Shown here: piece after piece, positions 14,091 to 29,789 of the stretch
How the letters are laid out: the number at the start of each line of letters is the position of its first letter
Position numbering within the stretch: position 1 is the first letter of the stretch
Assembly (NCBI GenBank): GCA_009914755.4
Contig: CP068257.2
Span: forward strand, 22,624,001-22,688,000
DNA length: 64,000 nt
Direction: 5' to 3'
Origin: the human T2T-CHM13v2.0 reference genome, Homo sapiens
Made by a program: the position numbers and the translations under genes
The notes under the pieces: model-generated
Told to the model about the DNA's origin: nothing
What the model saw: the letters and a program-made list of their open reading frames with translations, nothing else
Databases searched by the model: none

Positions 14091-14808
14091 TTAATTTCAG
14101 GAACGTTCTGCTACTCAGTCTTAAAACTCCACAGTTGGTGTTGGTTTCATTTTCTTTCTTACTTCTCATACCCAGTTCTTTTTAAACTCCTGTGGTTTCT
14201 ACCTCCAAAATTCCTTCTGTCACTCATTCTTCTCTTGTTACTACCACTATCCTGAGTGAGGTCCTGCAATGTGCATTACCCAGCGAACTATTTTCTAACT
14301 TGCAATTATACCAATTTCTTAATGACAGACATGGAAAGAATTACAATTGCTAATAAAATTTTTTAAACTCACAGTATCTTTCAAGCCTCCCAATAATATC
14401 ACTCTAAAATATTTTCCATCTCTAATGTATATTATTCCTCTATGCTGACCTTCAGTCCAGCCATACTTACTTGTTTTCCAAATATCTCCTCTTTCTCCAA
14501 CATCAAGACTTTTTGCTCACAGTTTACACTTCTGCCTCGTCATCTCTCACTACTCTTTCCACCTGTTGACATTTTATTCATTCATCAAGTTCAAACTCAA
14601 CATCGCTTTTTCCATAAGAGCTTTGATGATTTTTGCAACTTGCTAAGGTTTCTCCTTTCTTTTGGCCTCCACAACATTTTATTTTTCCTTTTTAAAGCTA
14701 TTCAACGTATTTGAATTTTAATATAAGTGATTAGGTAGTCTTAGATCTCATCAGCTAGATTACATTTAACAGAAAAGAGGGATAACTACATATTCTTTTT
14801 ATGCTCAG

Positions 14809-14810
<2 letters not shown>

Positions 14811-14841
<31 letters not shown>
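14811..14841. repeat. (TA)n microsatellite
   Basis: tatatatatatatatatatatatatatata. Confidence 0.9.
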
Positions 14842-14843
<2 letters not shown>

Positions 14844-15393
14844 TATGTATATGCCCAGAATTGTGTACACTTCGGTCGCGTGAATCATAACTAAGGCATT
14901 CAAGACAAAGCCCTGACTCTTACCAGAGTCTAACCTCTGGTTATCACTCAATGTGGCAGTTTAAGTGAAGAAGGACTTACGAAAATAAGACCAGACAGGA
15001 AGGGCAGCACTCAGCAGAATATCTCTGTGTTCAGGTCTCCAAAGATACATGTGATATCACTAATCAACATGATATTTACCTCATGAAATTATACTAAATA
15101 TTAGATAATGACTGTGAAATTATTACTGGAACATTAGTGTTTTAAAAATATTTCTAATTGTAAACATAGGTGGAGTTAGGTTGCCAGGACACTGTAATAG
15201 CATTTGTTGATAAATGTAAACCCAGAATTTTAAAATAAGAAAATTATGCATATAGCAATTGTTACAAATTATATTTACTCTTATTTTAAGTGGTAACTGG
15301 TTGGAGAAACAGAGATATGTATGCTTTTTAAAATTCCTCTTTGAGGTCAGTAGGAAGACAGATTGAATCTCTATTAGAAAGCAGCAAATTTTC

Positions 15394-15720
<327 letters not shown>

Positions 15721-18062
15721 TCACTAGTCACTGGGGAATAAATGTTGAAAGCATTTAAAACTAAAAAGAAGGTATTTTCTATACCTCTTATTAATATAAT
15801 TGACTTATATCCCTCTATACCCCAAAACAGAATAATTATACTTATTATATATGTACGCAGGTGATTATTTAAACATTTTCTACTTAATGCAAGACACTAC
15901 TTCTCTTAGTGCCTAGCAATTCCATTACTATTAAGCCTATTACTAAAGCCACCTGGGAGTTATAGTTAGTTATCTATATCTAAAAACATAAACTTCAGAT
16001 TCATATATTGAACTCCTATACAACATTTTCATTTGTACCATTTTAAAGTTAGCATGTTCAAATGTTGACATCATTCTGTTCTACCCCTTGTTTCCCCATC
16101 TCAGTTAATAAAAATGTCACTCTTCTAAAAGCTCAAAGTCAAAATCCTTGACTTCATTTCACACTCTACTCTCAATCCATTTGCAATTTTTTTTTTTTTT
16201 TTACCTTCAAAAGATATCCAGAATTGGTCATTTACTTCTATTTCTTCTGCTAAGCCTAGTCTAAAAAGTATAATGCCTTCCCTGGATTACTGAAACATTC
16301 CCCTAAATGGTTTTACTGGTGTTTCATTTGCCATAATTCAATCTATTCTCAAAAGAGAAGTCACTGATATCCATTAAAAATAATAGTCATGGCCCCTCTC
16401 GACTTCACTCTAATGTCTCCCTAGCCATCTAGAATAACAGCAAAATTCTATATATGGGCTTACCCAATCCTGTCTGTTCTAGTGCTCATGTACCTAACTT
16501 GAATTTGTATCCACTAAGTCCATCCCAAAGACTGGCCTTGAACTCTTGCAACCAGTGATGTCCTAGAATTCCATATGAGTGTTAATGATTACATTTGCAG
16601 GAACTTTAAAAATCTATTATTAAATCAGGCCAGTATTAAATATTAAATTATATAAAACAAAATTTTAAAAATATATATTGAAAAACATAAGTAATATATG
16701 TCTAAAACTCATCATTTACTATTTTACTCTTCACTATATTCTGGAGGTTATTCACGTCTATCATGTCTGTATACACACTATTGTATTTACATGGTAAATA
16801 TATAAATAAAATATAGTTGTCCCAACCACAATCGTACAACGGTGTGCTACTGTACATTTGTTTCCAGCTCTGTATTCAGTGATTTCATGTTGGTAAGTTG
16901 AAACTAACTATGGTCAGAGTATTTTCAACACAAAGATTCAGAGAGCAATATAAATCAGGGGTCTTTCTTTAACCCCAACCACAACACTTATTATTAAAAA
17001 CCTTCATCAGTGCATAGAGCACACCATTAATTTGCATTTGTCTTTGTCTAGAAAGCTCTTCTTTTGGATAGTTCCATAGATGCCTTTCACGTATACACTA
17101 CATTTCTTCTCAAATATACTTTCTCTGACACATTTTCCAAACATCCTATTATAAATAACATCTCACCCTTGCTCCTTTGTGGCCTCTTTTTCTTCATGGC
17201 CCTTATTTGTGATCTAATATCTAATATATTTATAATAAAATATTTTTATTATGTATATATTCCTTCATTTCCCCATGCTTATGTAGACTTCAAGCGAGCC
17301 AAGAATTTTGGATGTATGCTCTAGCACTTAGGATGGAACTTACAATTATACTTAAAAGATGCTTAATTATTTTTCAATTTGGTGCTTTCTAAAAGTTTAT
17401 CTTCTGATCTGTTGTTTTTTTCAGCAGGTATTCATATTGTCTGAAAATTAAGCCTATATTAGTGAATAAAAAAGTTTCAATAAATACTGACGAAAGAAAG
17501 AATATGCTAACCATGTTCTTTTGACTTAATAAAAATATTAGAAATTAATAACTAAATCATATATATTTGAAGACCAAATTTCCAGTTATAAATTATCCTA
17601 CATAAAAACAAATCACAGTATAAATTAAGAAATATTTAGGACATGAGGTTAAAGTAATATATAAGATGTATTACTACAACTAAATAAGATAAGCTTTTAT
17701 TTTAAATGTTGGGGAAAGGAGATAAAATCATAAAGTTAGAAATAAAAATTTAAAAGGTAAGAAAAACAAATACATAGACAAAATTAGAAATTAATAAAAC
17801 CAAAAATTTGGTTCTTTGAAAAATATATGACTTTTAAAAGATCTTTGAAATAAATGAATAAGAAAATAACGTAAGATAAACAAAATATAGAATGATGAAA
17901 CATAAATGACCGTAAGCACCATAAAAATAATATTTAAAATGAAATTAAGTGGATACAGTATTAATGAAAGTATTTTACTTTTATATACATATATACAGTA
18001 TTAGTAAAAATAAAAGCATAAATATTAGCAAACTATAATATTCTATTGAAATATTGTATAGT

Positions 18063-18436
18063 GATCAGTGATGTGGTTTGGCTCTGTGTCCCTTCCCAAA
18101 TCTCACCTTGAATTATAATCCCCAGGTGTCAAGGCAGGGAACTGGTAGGAGGTGATTTGATCATGGGGGAAGTTTCCCCCATGCTGTTCTCATGGCAGTG
18201 AGAGCGTTCTTATGAGATCTGATGGTTTTAAAAGTGGCAGTTTCCCTTATGTGCTCTCTCTCACCTGCCACCATGTCAGACTTGCTGTGCTTCCCCTTCA
18301 CCTTCTGCCATAATTGTAAGTTTCCTGAGGCCTCCCTAGTCATGTGGAACTGTGAATCAATTAAACCTACTTTGTTTATAAATTGTCCAGTCTCAGGTAG
18401 TATCTTTATAGCAGTGTGAGAATGAACTAATACAGT
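18063..18436 (+). mobile_element. ERVL-MaLR LTR, THE1/MST-type, sense orientation
   Basis: tgatcagtgatgtggtttggctctgtgtcccttcccaaatctcaccttgaattataatcc...gggggaagtttcccccatgctgttctcatggcagtgag...atctgatggttttaaaagtggcagtttccc...ccagtctcaggtagtatctttatagcagtgtgagaatgaactaataca follows the THE1/MST LTR consensus layout. Confidence 0.85.
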
Positions 18437-18981
18437 AAGATTGATAAAAACTATCCTCTCTTTGCAAAGAAGCAATATTTAGGTAATACTTGTTTAGTTT
18501 GAAAATTTCTTAATGATCAGAATATACATAGATGTATTCTGTACACATCTACAGAATCTACGTGAATCTTGAATGACAGTCTGAGTGTATTACAATACAG
18601 AGATTTTAAACAATCTGCCTCAAAGGTGAGTATTTGAAAAAATGTTAAACTGTTTCAGTTTTCTTCTCCTTCTAAGTTACTATTACGGACTATTATTCAT
18701 AGTTCGGAGGTGTGGAAATAAGCAAAGCCCATCCACATGAGAACAGGGGCTGTTTATTCAAAGCTTGCTGTAGCAAGGGAGTCAGCCACCATCACTTGCA
18801 TTTGGCCACCCCTCAGAGGCAGGCAGGGAAGTCAGAAAGTTTCAGAGTGAGAGAAGGTAAGGCTCCAGGTATGCTCATACTGGAGGCTGTTGGAATGTGA
18901 AAGCTGGAGGCAGGCTGACTGGAAGTAGACCATCCTATGCAATTGGCTTGAGGAGCATATTTGGGATTCTTCATTTCGTTA

Positions 18982-19327
<346 letters not shown>

Positions 19328-19544
19328 GAAGGTGGCAATGTAGATTAATTCTGACCCTTGGTTGATTGCTTCAGAGGTTGCAGTTTGGCTTCCTGGACTG
19401 GTTACTATAGAATTTGTGAGTCAGAGTTCTATTGTGACATTTAGTCTGGCCTAATTTGAACTGATTTACATCTGTTTTCTATTATTTTTATTATTATTAT
19501 TTGTAAAGATAAAATATAATTTGTAAAGATAATAATAATAAGAC

Positions 19545-19650
19545 CAGCTGTATTAGCCAAGCTGGTCTTGAACTCCTGGCCACAAGAAGTCCTTCTGCCT
19601 TGGCCTCCCAAAGCTCTGGGACTATAGGCATGAGCCCCCTTGCGGAGCAG
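19545..19650 (-). mobile_element. Alu fragment (free monomer-like), minus orientation
   Basis: ccagctgtattagccaagctggtcttgaactcctggcc...tggcctcccaaagctctgggactataggcatgagcc, preceded by (TTA)n/(AAT)n. Confidence 0.6.
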
Positions 19651-20970
19651 ATTTAAAGCTGTTCTCATCAACCACTTCAACAGTCAGAACATGAGCAATG
19701 AGGGGGCCCTTTAATTTGAACAACCAGAGCACCTCAGTTAGGTAAATAAAAATCACAAATATTATTTTGGTGTTAGTGACAAAAGAATGTAGGAAAAAAA
19801 TATGTTTCAGTGGGAACTATGCATTTTCCAGAGGATACTCTCTCCAAATCATCTGGTTCTAGTATTTGACTGCCTTTGAGCTGATTTTCAACTATACCTT
19901 TTCTACATCCAGCACACCCTGCTGGGTTATCTGATACTAATTCTGTTTTTGAGCTACTTTACAACTCTGTATAAATATGCCCAATCTTTTCATTCTCTCT
20001 GTGCCCACTTATAATATCGAACTTCTTCCCTCACTGAATGAGTTAAATAAAATCTTTAATGCTTGTTCATTTTTATATCTGTATGAGTCATGACTTTATC
20101 TTTTATTTCTGAAAATCATCTTTAAACAAAATCTTTGACTTTTATGAAGTTACTTAGATCTGTATTTTTTTCAGATTAAATGACACAGAAATACGCAATA
20201 AAAGGACAACTTAAATACACTGAATGTATACCGTGTCTCAAACAAACCAGACCACTTAGAATTAAGAACTGCAGTTGTAAAATGCTGATGAAGGCCAGTA
20301 GCACTTAACTCAACTAAAACAGTGTGGCTGATTTTATTGGCTTAAGGTTTCGATATGAATTGGGTGCCCTGAGCTTCAGACTTGGATTTATTTACTGAAA
20401 TTAAGCCTGAAAACGTAATGAAAAAAGCTGGCTGTAATCACAAAGGACACATCACATCATGACAATTGCCACTCATAAATTATTCAAACTATGATTTAAT
20501 ATGCTACTAAATCGTTCGGCAGTATAAGTACTGGAAAGTAATACCTTTAGCACAATTTACTTTTAATATTTTATAGTTGTACTTCCAGAAATACAGGGGC
20601 CATTTCCACAAATAAAAGGCCAAATGTTTTTCGGCATACAATACTCTGTTACAATGCCTAATCTCAACAGAAACAGTCATCCTATTAAAAGTTATCTTTT
20701 AGTATAATATCTATTCATAATAAAAGATATTTGATGCATTGTGAAAATCTTCTCTTTAGTTTTTTAGGAGGTTATTTTGTTAGTAATTTCATAAATAAGG
20801 GGAAAAACATTTAAAGCCTTGTCTCAAGACATCTGATTGAATCTTTGGAAAGTCTTCCAAATTAGAAAAGATTTTATCAAATGACTGCATAGTGTTTTTT
20901 ATTTTTGTTTATATACTTTTAGTATTTTTCTTAGTCTGTTCAGACTAATAGAATAATGTAGATTGCATGG

Positions 20971-21227
20971 TTCCACAACACACATTTATTTATCACAGTT
21001 CTGGGGGCTGAAAAGTCCAAGATCAAGACAGTGGCAGATTCTGGATCTGGTGAGGGTTCCCTTTTTGTCTCTTAGATGGCGGTCTTCTCATTGTGTCCTC
21101 ACATTTTAAAAAAACAGAAAGTTCTCTGCACCGCCCTGTATAAGGGTACTAATCCCATTCATGAGGGCTCTATCCTAGTGATTTAATTACCTCCTAAAGG
21201 GTGCACATCCTAATACCACCACATTAG
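20971..21227 (-). mobile_element. ERVL-MaLR LTR, MLT1-type, antisense
   Basis: ttctgggggctgaaaagtccaagatcaagac...tgtgtcctcacat...ataagggtactaatcccattcatgagggctctatcc...ccaccacattag is the reverse complement of the MLT1 consensus region '...ccagcctccagaactgtgag.../...tgttatgggctgaat'. Confidence 0.7.
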
Positions 21228-21885
<658 letters not shown>

Positions 21886-21890
<5 letters not shown>

Positions 21891-21930
21891 TAATAATAAT
21901 AATAATAATCATCATCATCATCATCATCAT
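21886..21930. repeat. (AAT)n(ATC)n compound microsatellite followed by an A-rich tract
   Basis: taataataataataataataatcatcatcatcatcatcatcat; it produces the poly-N/poly-H run in ORF 21736..21999. Confidence 0.9.
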
Positions 21931-22892
21931 AAAAAGAAAAAAAGCAAGAGGCGGAAGGTCACTTGGCAAAAAAAAAAAATCATATATTTCAACATGTAAA
22001 TTTTGGGAAAACACAAACGTTCAGTACATTACAGTATTCCTGAGGGTATGTGATTTATTCGGTAATTTATTTATTCATAATGATTCAGATAAAAATAATC
22101 TTGTTATTATCTCTTCAAAAGTCTTCTCCAACATTGCAGTGAAAATAATGTCACTATTGGTAATCATGTTTTGTTATGCTTTATTACTAAATTGAATGTT
22201 TCTTTGTTACCCATGGTACTGGCATTTTTTTCATGTTAATATGAGCTATTTACTGCTCATTGGGTTTTTCTTTGATAAATTGAATGAATTCAGTTGCTTT
22301 TCAAAATTCTGTAGACTGTGAGTTTTAAGCATTTTCACGAAATGTAAAAGTACAGCTACAAATTATTACTGCTTATTTGAATAACGTTAGTTTGCATTAT
22401 ATAGAAATGCTTAAATACTTCTACAAAATCAGTGTCTAATCATTAGCTTTCTGCTAACAGAAATAAATAGAACATGTGGAAACTTAAGGTCAAGTTCTTA
22501 AAATCCTAATACATATCTGATGGGTTAAAGATTTAAAGTTGAAGCAACAATATTTATTTACATAATAAACATAACTGAAGTTATAGTTTAGATTTTTATA
22601 CATTTTCTATGAAATATAATATAATAAACTTCATGTTTGTAAATATTATGAAATAAATTATACATATTACAATTTCTAGAAACACAATGAAATTATTTCC
22701 TATATATTTATGTATAATGATCCATACCTCCAATTTCTAGAAAATTAATTTAGAATAACTTTTTATTTCTTTCATTTTTCTCCAGTTTTGAAGACCCTGA
22801 AGTCTATGATGATATCTTTGTCTCTTTACCAATATTCAAAACAAAAATGGAGTTGACAAAACCCATTTATGGCTTACATTAGTCAACTCTAG

Positions 22893-23255
22893 CTGCCATA
22901 ACAAAATACCATAGACCAGGTGGCTTAAATAACAAAGACGTATTTTCTTACAGTCCTGAAGCCTGAAAGTCCAAGATCAAGGTGCCAGTATGGTCCTATT
23001 TTGGTGAAAGTTCTCTTCCTGGCTTGCAGATCATCATCATCTTACTGTGTCATCACATGCTATGGAGAGAAACAAAAAGGGGAAACACTCTGGTGTCTCA
23101 TATTAGGGCACTAATCCCATCATAAGGGCCTCACTCTCATGAAGCTCATCTAATCCTAATTACCTCTCAAAGGCTCTGTCTCCTTAGAATATTGCAGTGG
23201 TGATTAGGATGTTAACATGAATTTTAGGGGAACACTACCATTCAGTACATAACAG
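22893..23255 (-). mobile_element. ERVL-MaLR LTR, MLT1-type, antisense
   Basis: ctgccataacaaaataccatagaccaggtggcttaaataacaaa...cctgaaagtccaagatcaaggtgccag...attagggcactaatcccatcataagggcc...ggggaacactaccattcagtacataaca. Confidence 0.7.
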
Positions 23256-24108
23256 ACCTCTAAAGCTTCAGGATCTCTTTCTGTATTTTAATGCCTTATA
23301 AAGGTAAAGAATTAGGAATAACCCATTAGTTTCAGGAGCTTACTTAATCTCAATCCTGTTTAAATCACTACTAAACATATCTTATACTTGATGGATCTAA
23401 GACCCTGCTTGTAATTATACAGCGTCCCTCCTTTTCTCCTGAGGACTCACTCTTATTTTGAGGAATCTCAACTTAAACTTTGTTTCAATTTGTCCTGATA
23501 ATTTTTATTCTTTACTTTTGATAACATATATATTTTCAAAACTAAAGACAACCTTCTATTTTACCCTTTAAATACAATTTAAAATGAGTACAATTTAAAC
23601 TTTGAAGAGAGATTTACACACATATTCCAAATTTTAAAATGTCAAAAATTATAACTTGTTACATTTTGAATATCAGAACTGGATCTTTGGGGGTTTTTTA
23701 AAATAAAATAAACATTGGTTACTGAAAGCAAAACTGTTGCTATAATTGAAAGTTGTTGAAGAAATAAAGGCTTCCATTCTTTTTCCTAAATAGGGCCTAT
23801 TTATTTTCATTTTGTCTTTTTAGAGCTGTGCTTGCAAATGGCAAGCAAAATGAAAGATTGAAGCAATTATCCACATCATTCAGATCAAATATGCTCTCAT
23901 TAAATAAGAGCAGATGGTGTGGATAAAAATTGTAGCTTAAAGGCTATGTTCCTCATATAAGGCACATGAAAATAGATTGTTTCTTCTGTGCATTTATTTT
24001 AGAAGTCTACACCTTCCCTTACAGACGAGTTTATTTAAAATGTTAAATGGAAGCATTAGTTATAACTTACATTTAATTAGTTTAAATTAATATGTTCATT
24101 AATTTAGA

Positions 24109-24222
24109 TTTTACTACCCTTTTGTAAACTTGGTGAGTGTAGTTTCTGTTATAATAAAAATAATAAGAATATAATAAAAATTTAAAAACTACACCCACCA
24201 AATTTACAAAAGGGTAGTAAAA
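24109..24222. repeat. Perfect-to-near-perfect inverted repeat (hairpin), 37-bp arms with a 40-nt AT-rich spacer
   Basis: The left arm ttttactacccttttgtaaacttggtgagtgtagttt (24109..24145) and the right arm aaactacacccaccaaatttacaaaagggtagtaaaa (24186..24222) are reverse complements with 2 mismatches. Confidence 0.85.
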
Positions 24223-24642
24223 TGAGTATATACTCTTACACCATTAATTAGAATATAAATGTTTTATCTGGGCTTCTGGCATCCGCTGCTGGAAGCTGCG
24301 AGTCCCTCAATGCCCTCCACCTTCCTCAGAAATATATAGATGCCTGGAAGAAGGATACACCAAGGCACCAATAGATGTCAGAGTTTATTGTTTCCAGAGT
24401 AACTGCAAACCACTTCCCCAAGAAAAAGTGCTCAGGTTAGATCCCAAGTGAAACAACAGTGAATAGGGGCAGGAGGCTCTGGTTTTTATTGTGGTTAGGT
24501 GCTGCAGCCGGGGTGGTTTTCCTGCCTGGCTTGCTTGCCAATCAGCTTCAGGTATGATGCCAAACGTCATGAGGTGTGGGGAAGGGCTTGAATGCTGTCA
24601 GAAGTCAAACATCAAAAATGGTGTCAGATTTGTTTTTTTTTT

Positions 24643-24745
24643 AATTTTAGATTTAGTGGATACATGTGCAAACTCGTTACATGGATATAGTGTGATGCTG
24701 AGGTTTGGGTTTCAGTTGAGCTCATCACCCAAATGGTGAAAATAG
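24643..24745 (-). mobile_element. Possible L1 3' end fragment (L1PB/L1MA-like), antisense
   Basis: Poly(T) then ttaattttagatttagtggatacatgtgcaaactcgttacatggatatagtgtgatgctgaggtttgggtttcagttgagctcatcacccaaatggtgaaaatagtatc resembles the older-L1 antisense 3' terminus. Confidence 0.45.
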
Positions 24746-27700
24746 TATCAGATTCCTTTTAAACACTTGCTTCTCTCTCTCCCTGCCTGCCTTTCAAGTC
24801 TGCAGTGTCTGTTGCTCCTCCGTTTAGGTCCGTGTGTACCCAATGATTAGCTTCTACTTACCCATTTTTAAGAGAACATGCAGTATTTGGTTTTCTATTT
24901 CTGTTAATTCACTTAAGGTTTCTGGGGGACACTTTGGAGATAGACATCAAGAACTTGTGTAATGTTTACACTTTTTAGATATTCTTAATTTTGGAAATGA
25001 TTCTAATAAAATAATCGTAGACATTCACAAAGATATTCATACAGAAGTTTATTGTGATATTGTAATATTACATGACAGACTTGAAAAAAGTTTCAAATAT
25101 ATCAAATTATACAATTAAATATGAAAATAACATATTTTATATAAATTATTAGTTTACATGCTTAGTAAATTGAATACCATCCAAATATTTAACAATAAAT
25201 ATCTTATAAGGATACTTTTAACCAAAGACAGAGCTCAAATTACAATCATGAATTAAATGAGAATATAAAACTTTTTATGGAATATGACGTCCCTCTATGC
25301 AAATATATGCATATGTATTATTTTGGAAGGAAATGTACTATATTACTAGTGGTTATTCCACTTGGTTTGACTATGAATGCTTTTCATCTTCTATGTATTT
25401 AACATTATTTTCTAAATTAATAAATTATAAATATTTATTACATACATAGAAGGAAATATTATTATTTTTTATTTTCAGAAATATATCAGAGAATATCTTT
25501 TGAATTAATCATAGTCTGATAATTTCTCATAGCATATTTGGGGAAAAATTTACAGTAATCCCAAAGATACCTGCTTATTAGAAATACGCATGTAGAGTGA
25601 GAGCCTTATTTAAGATTAGAATCAAAGTACATTTGAGACGATCTTCTTTTAATTTAAATTTAAAACTCAATGTTGGTTGCCTAAAAATTACTAGAGCATG
25701 ATTATATCAAGCTTCTAAGCTTCTGAATCGGAATTCCTTATTAAACAGAAAAATAGCTGACAATGTGAAAGTAACACTTGGAGGCTCTGCTGGAATAGTT
25801 CTTCCTCTTTAAAAAATTTAAACTGAAGAATGTAGTCAATAAAAAGTAAATGACTACTGAAAAATAAAATATGCAGTTTAAATTATGTGTTTCCTGAATG
25901 CTCAATTTCTAATTATTACTATGAGTCCTGGCACCAAGGTCCTGGTTTTTGCTTTATTATCTTGCTTAGTGTGTGTGCTCACCAGGACGTATCATTCTGA
26001 ATACAAGACACATGGGTTTTCTTTTCTTTCCTTTATTCCTTGCTTTCTCTCTCTATTTATTTCCTATTTTATGATAATGCTTTGCAGGAAAGATGATTTG
26101 TGAAGTGGTTGTAATCATTTTATAAACATATATAAGTTATAAAACCAAGATCATCTGGCAGCATAAAACAATTTTTAAAAACTGCACAGATTTTTGAAAC
26201 TTGCATTATCTTATCAGGATGGGTGTTCCCTGGACTAATAGTTTAATTATATTGAGTCTCAATTTCCTCATATATAAGATGAGAGCTATATTTGTCATAC
26301 TTTTAGAAGTTTTGTGTATCACTTGACTGGTTGGGTTCTTAGCAATGTTTAGGACAATTATTAGGCATTTAAGTTATAATGAGTTATAAGTTACAATATA
26401 ATGGATTTTTATTTATATAACAAATATTTGCTGAGAACCTATCTTATGTCAGGCTCTCTTCCAGTTCCCAGGGATGTAGCAGTGAAGAACACAGATGATG
26501 CCCATTGACTGCACACACTATGCAAATACTTTAACATGTTATTAATATTATTATGCTATCATTAACATTATTAAGGTAGTTATGAGAGTAAGTAGAATAT
26601 TATCTTAGATGTTTAGGGAGTATTTCCTAGGTTCAGCTAGAACTCATTGATGTAATACATTTAAACTACTACTAAAAATATATGCCAAATGATTTCATAT
26701 ATTTGCATGAGATAAAATGAAATGACTTCTTTACAGCTCTCAAGAACATAATAATAACATTTTCCATTTCCTGATTCTCAGTGTAAACCTGTTAACTGGA
26801 ATTAAAAATGCATTGTGGTCTGAGAATTTTCTTAAAGAAGACATACTGAGTTCAATAAGTTTCCTTAGAGTAACTGCAATAGAGAGTTTTATAGCTGTAT
26901 TTCTCATGATGTGCTTGAAATAAATCAGTGGCACAATGGTAAAGGGTGTGTAAGATTGAGATAAATCTAGAAAGGCCCCTAAAAGTGGAAGTATATAACT
27001 ATCTCATCGACTCAATAGAGACACTCAAACCATCGGGATGTATGCTATACTCCACTTGTGAACATGTTTTTGTTTTTTTTTTTAATTTGATGGCACACAA
27101 ATATAATTTCACATAAATATTTATATTCTCAGCTTTCTACAAAAAAAATTGGAAGATATGGCAACATTTAGCCTACACTGATGCACAACGACCACATCCA
27201 ATATATGAACAACTACTTTTCCCCTTAAATAATGCGTAAGTCCTCAAATTCACTTACTACCTACTGTTGTATGTTCTGTATTCCAGCCCAACCACAGTGG
27301 GTCTTGAAGTTTGAAGTCATTCACCATATATAAGTATATACTTTTATATATGTAATGGAATGTTTTTGCTTTGTTTCATTCAAAAAACTTTCCTTAATGT
27401 TATTTCTTCAACTGTTGTAAGAGATGTATTTGGAGATTATATTTTCTACATATATATTTTTATATATGTAATATATAATATATATGATGATATAAATACA
27501 TAATGTATTTATGTAATCAAAATGAACCATATAAATTTATGGTCAGGTGTGCTGTTTGATATCATTTCTGGAAATCTGAAAAGAGTGCCTGAACTTAATA
27601 TTGCTAACAAGGTATCTTTATTGGTTCTAACAATAGAGTAAAAAATGTAGACAATGCCAAAGTCTTCATGGAGTTTACATTCCAGCGACTAAGGCAGTAG

Positions 27701-28635
27701 ATAAGAAGAATAAATAAATTATATAATTTTAGATGAGAAATACAAAGACATTAAAGGAGAAAAAGAGGAAAGAGAATGAATAAATTTGGGTGCTGATTAT
27801 TTTAGAGTAGATCAGACAATTCCTCTATGAAGACACAGTATTTGAGGAGAGAGATGGTAGGTTTTTATATTTATTATTAGTAATTTTATTCTGATGTACA
27901 CAGGAGACATTCCGAATCAGATTTCTAATTAATTAATTACATTACATTGAAAATAAGCATGCTGCATCCTAACCTCCTTGCTTCAGTCCTTTCCTCTTCA
28001 GATCATTCACTGAAAACTCAGAGAGGTTGGAAGCTGGTTTTCAAGTAGTGGTAGACTCCATAGGTGAAAGATGAGCAAAAATAATTTTCTCTGTGTATAA
28101 AATGGAAGAGGTAGCCGTCTCACTCCCTTCATGAAAGATTTCTTCTTTAGTCTAATCCTTAGTTATGTAAATAAAATATCTCCAGGAACCAAGTATCAGT
28201 ATAGGTCTTGGATTTTACAATCTAGAAGTGTCTCCAAGTACTTAAGTAGATAGCTCCCTAGATTCCCAGACACCTGTGGCTTAACCTAGAACCTAGTCCA
28301 GGCTGCAAACTCTTGACCCCCTCAGAGACATTACACTGTTTTTATTATCCATTTGGATTAGATAAAATCACTAGAAAAATTGCTACACAGCTAATCCTCA
28401 CGGTATGTGACAAGTCATAAGAGGCTTTCTCTCCTCTCTCTCTCTCTCTCCCCACATATATACAAGAACATTTAAAATTCAAGGAAGTTTCATTTCCCCA
28501 CAAAACATGAATACATGAGCATGCATGAGGAAATAAGCCACGTGGCAAATCTTGTGGGAGAAGGTCTTGAGCAGAATCTCCTTCTGGGCAGTTGGGGCCT
28601 GCATTAGAAGACTGAGTGCTTCAACCAAGTGACCC

Positions 28636-29040
28636 TGTATTAGACCATTCTTTCATTGCTGTAAAGAAATACCTGAGACTGGGAAATTTATAAGAAAAGA
28701 AGTTTAATTTGCTCAGGGTGCTGAAGACTGTACAGGAAGCATGGCAGCCTGTGCTCCTGGAGAGGACATAGGGAGCTGTTACTCATGGTGAAAGGTAAAG
28801 TGGGAGCAGGCACTTCACATGTTGAAAGCAGGGGCAGGAGAGATGGGAAATGCCCACACCTTTAAATGACCAGATCTCGTGAGAACTCACTATCATGAGG
28901 AGAGTACCAAGGGCATGGTACTGAACCATTCATGAGAAGTGCATCACCATGATTTAATCACCTTCCCTCAGGCCCCACCTCCAACACTGCAGAGTACAAT
29001 TCAACATGAGATTTGGGTGGAGACACAGATTCAAACCATC
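28636..29040 (-). mobile_element. ERVL-MaLR LTR, THE1/MST-type, antisense
   Basis: tgtattagaccattctttcattgctgtaaagaaatacctgagactgggaaatttataag...catggcagcc...accagatctcgtgagaactcactatcatgag...ccccacctccaacactg...acaattcaacatgagatttgggtggagacacagattcaaaccatca is the reverse complement of the THE1/MST LTR. Confidence 0.85.
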
Positions 29041-29178
29041 AGACCCTGAAACACGGTGATATTTTTATCTTTTCCTTAAGTTATTTTCTAATCTTGTCAT
29101 AATTAACTGTCTTAACCACAACCATTTATACCTTTTACTCAATAAATTAGCATGTGAGTTCTGTATTCAAGATCTTGG

Positions 29179-29574
<396 letters not shown>

Positions 29575-29789
29575 CTATTTCATCTACATATTCATGGAGA
29601 GTAAAAAAAAAAAAACAAAAACAAAACAAAACAAAAAAAACTTTGTCTCTTCTTTATGGTACAGCAATTAAATAATAATATCTGTAAGTCATACCAAGTT
29701 AAATCAAAGAACATAATCAACCTGACAAACTCCTCTATAAACTTTCCTGGATCCTCCAAAAACTGGACAAACTTTCTCTTTGCATAAAG

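Noticed and set aside
19441-19680. 79-aa minus-strand ORF
   Set aside because: It spans an Alu fragment and a (TTA)n run and has no coding features.
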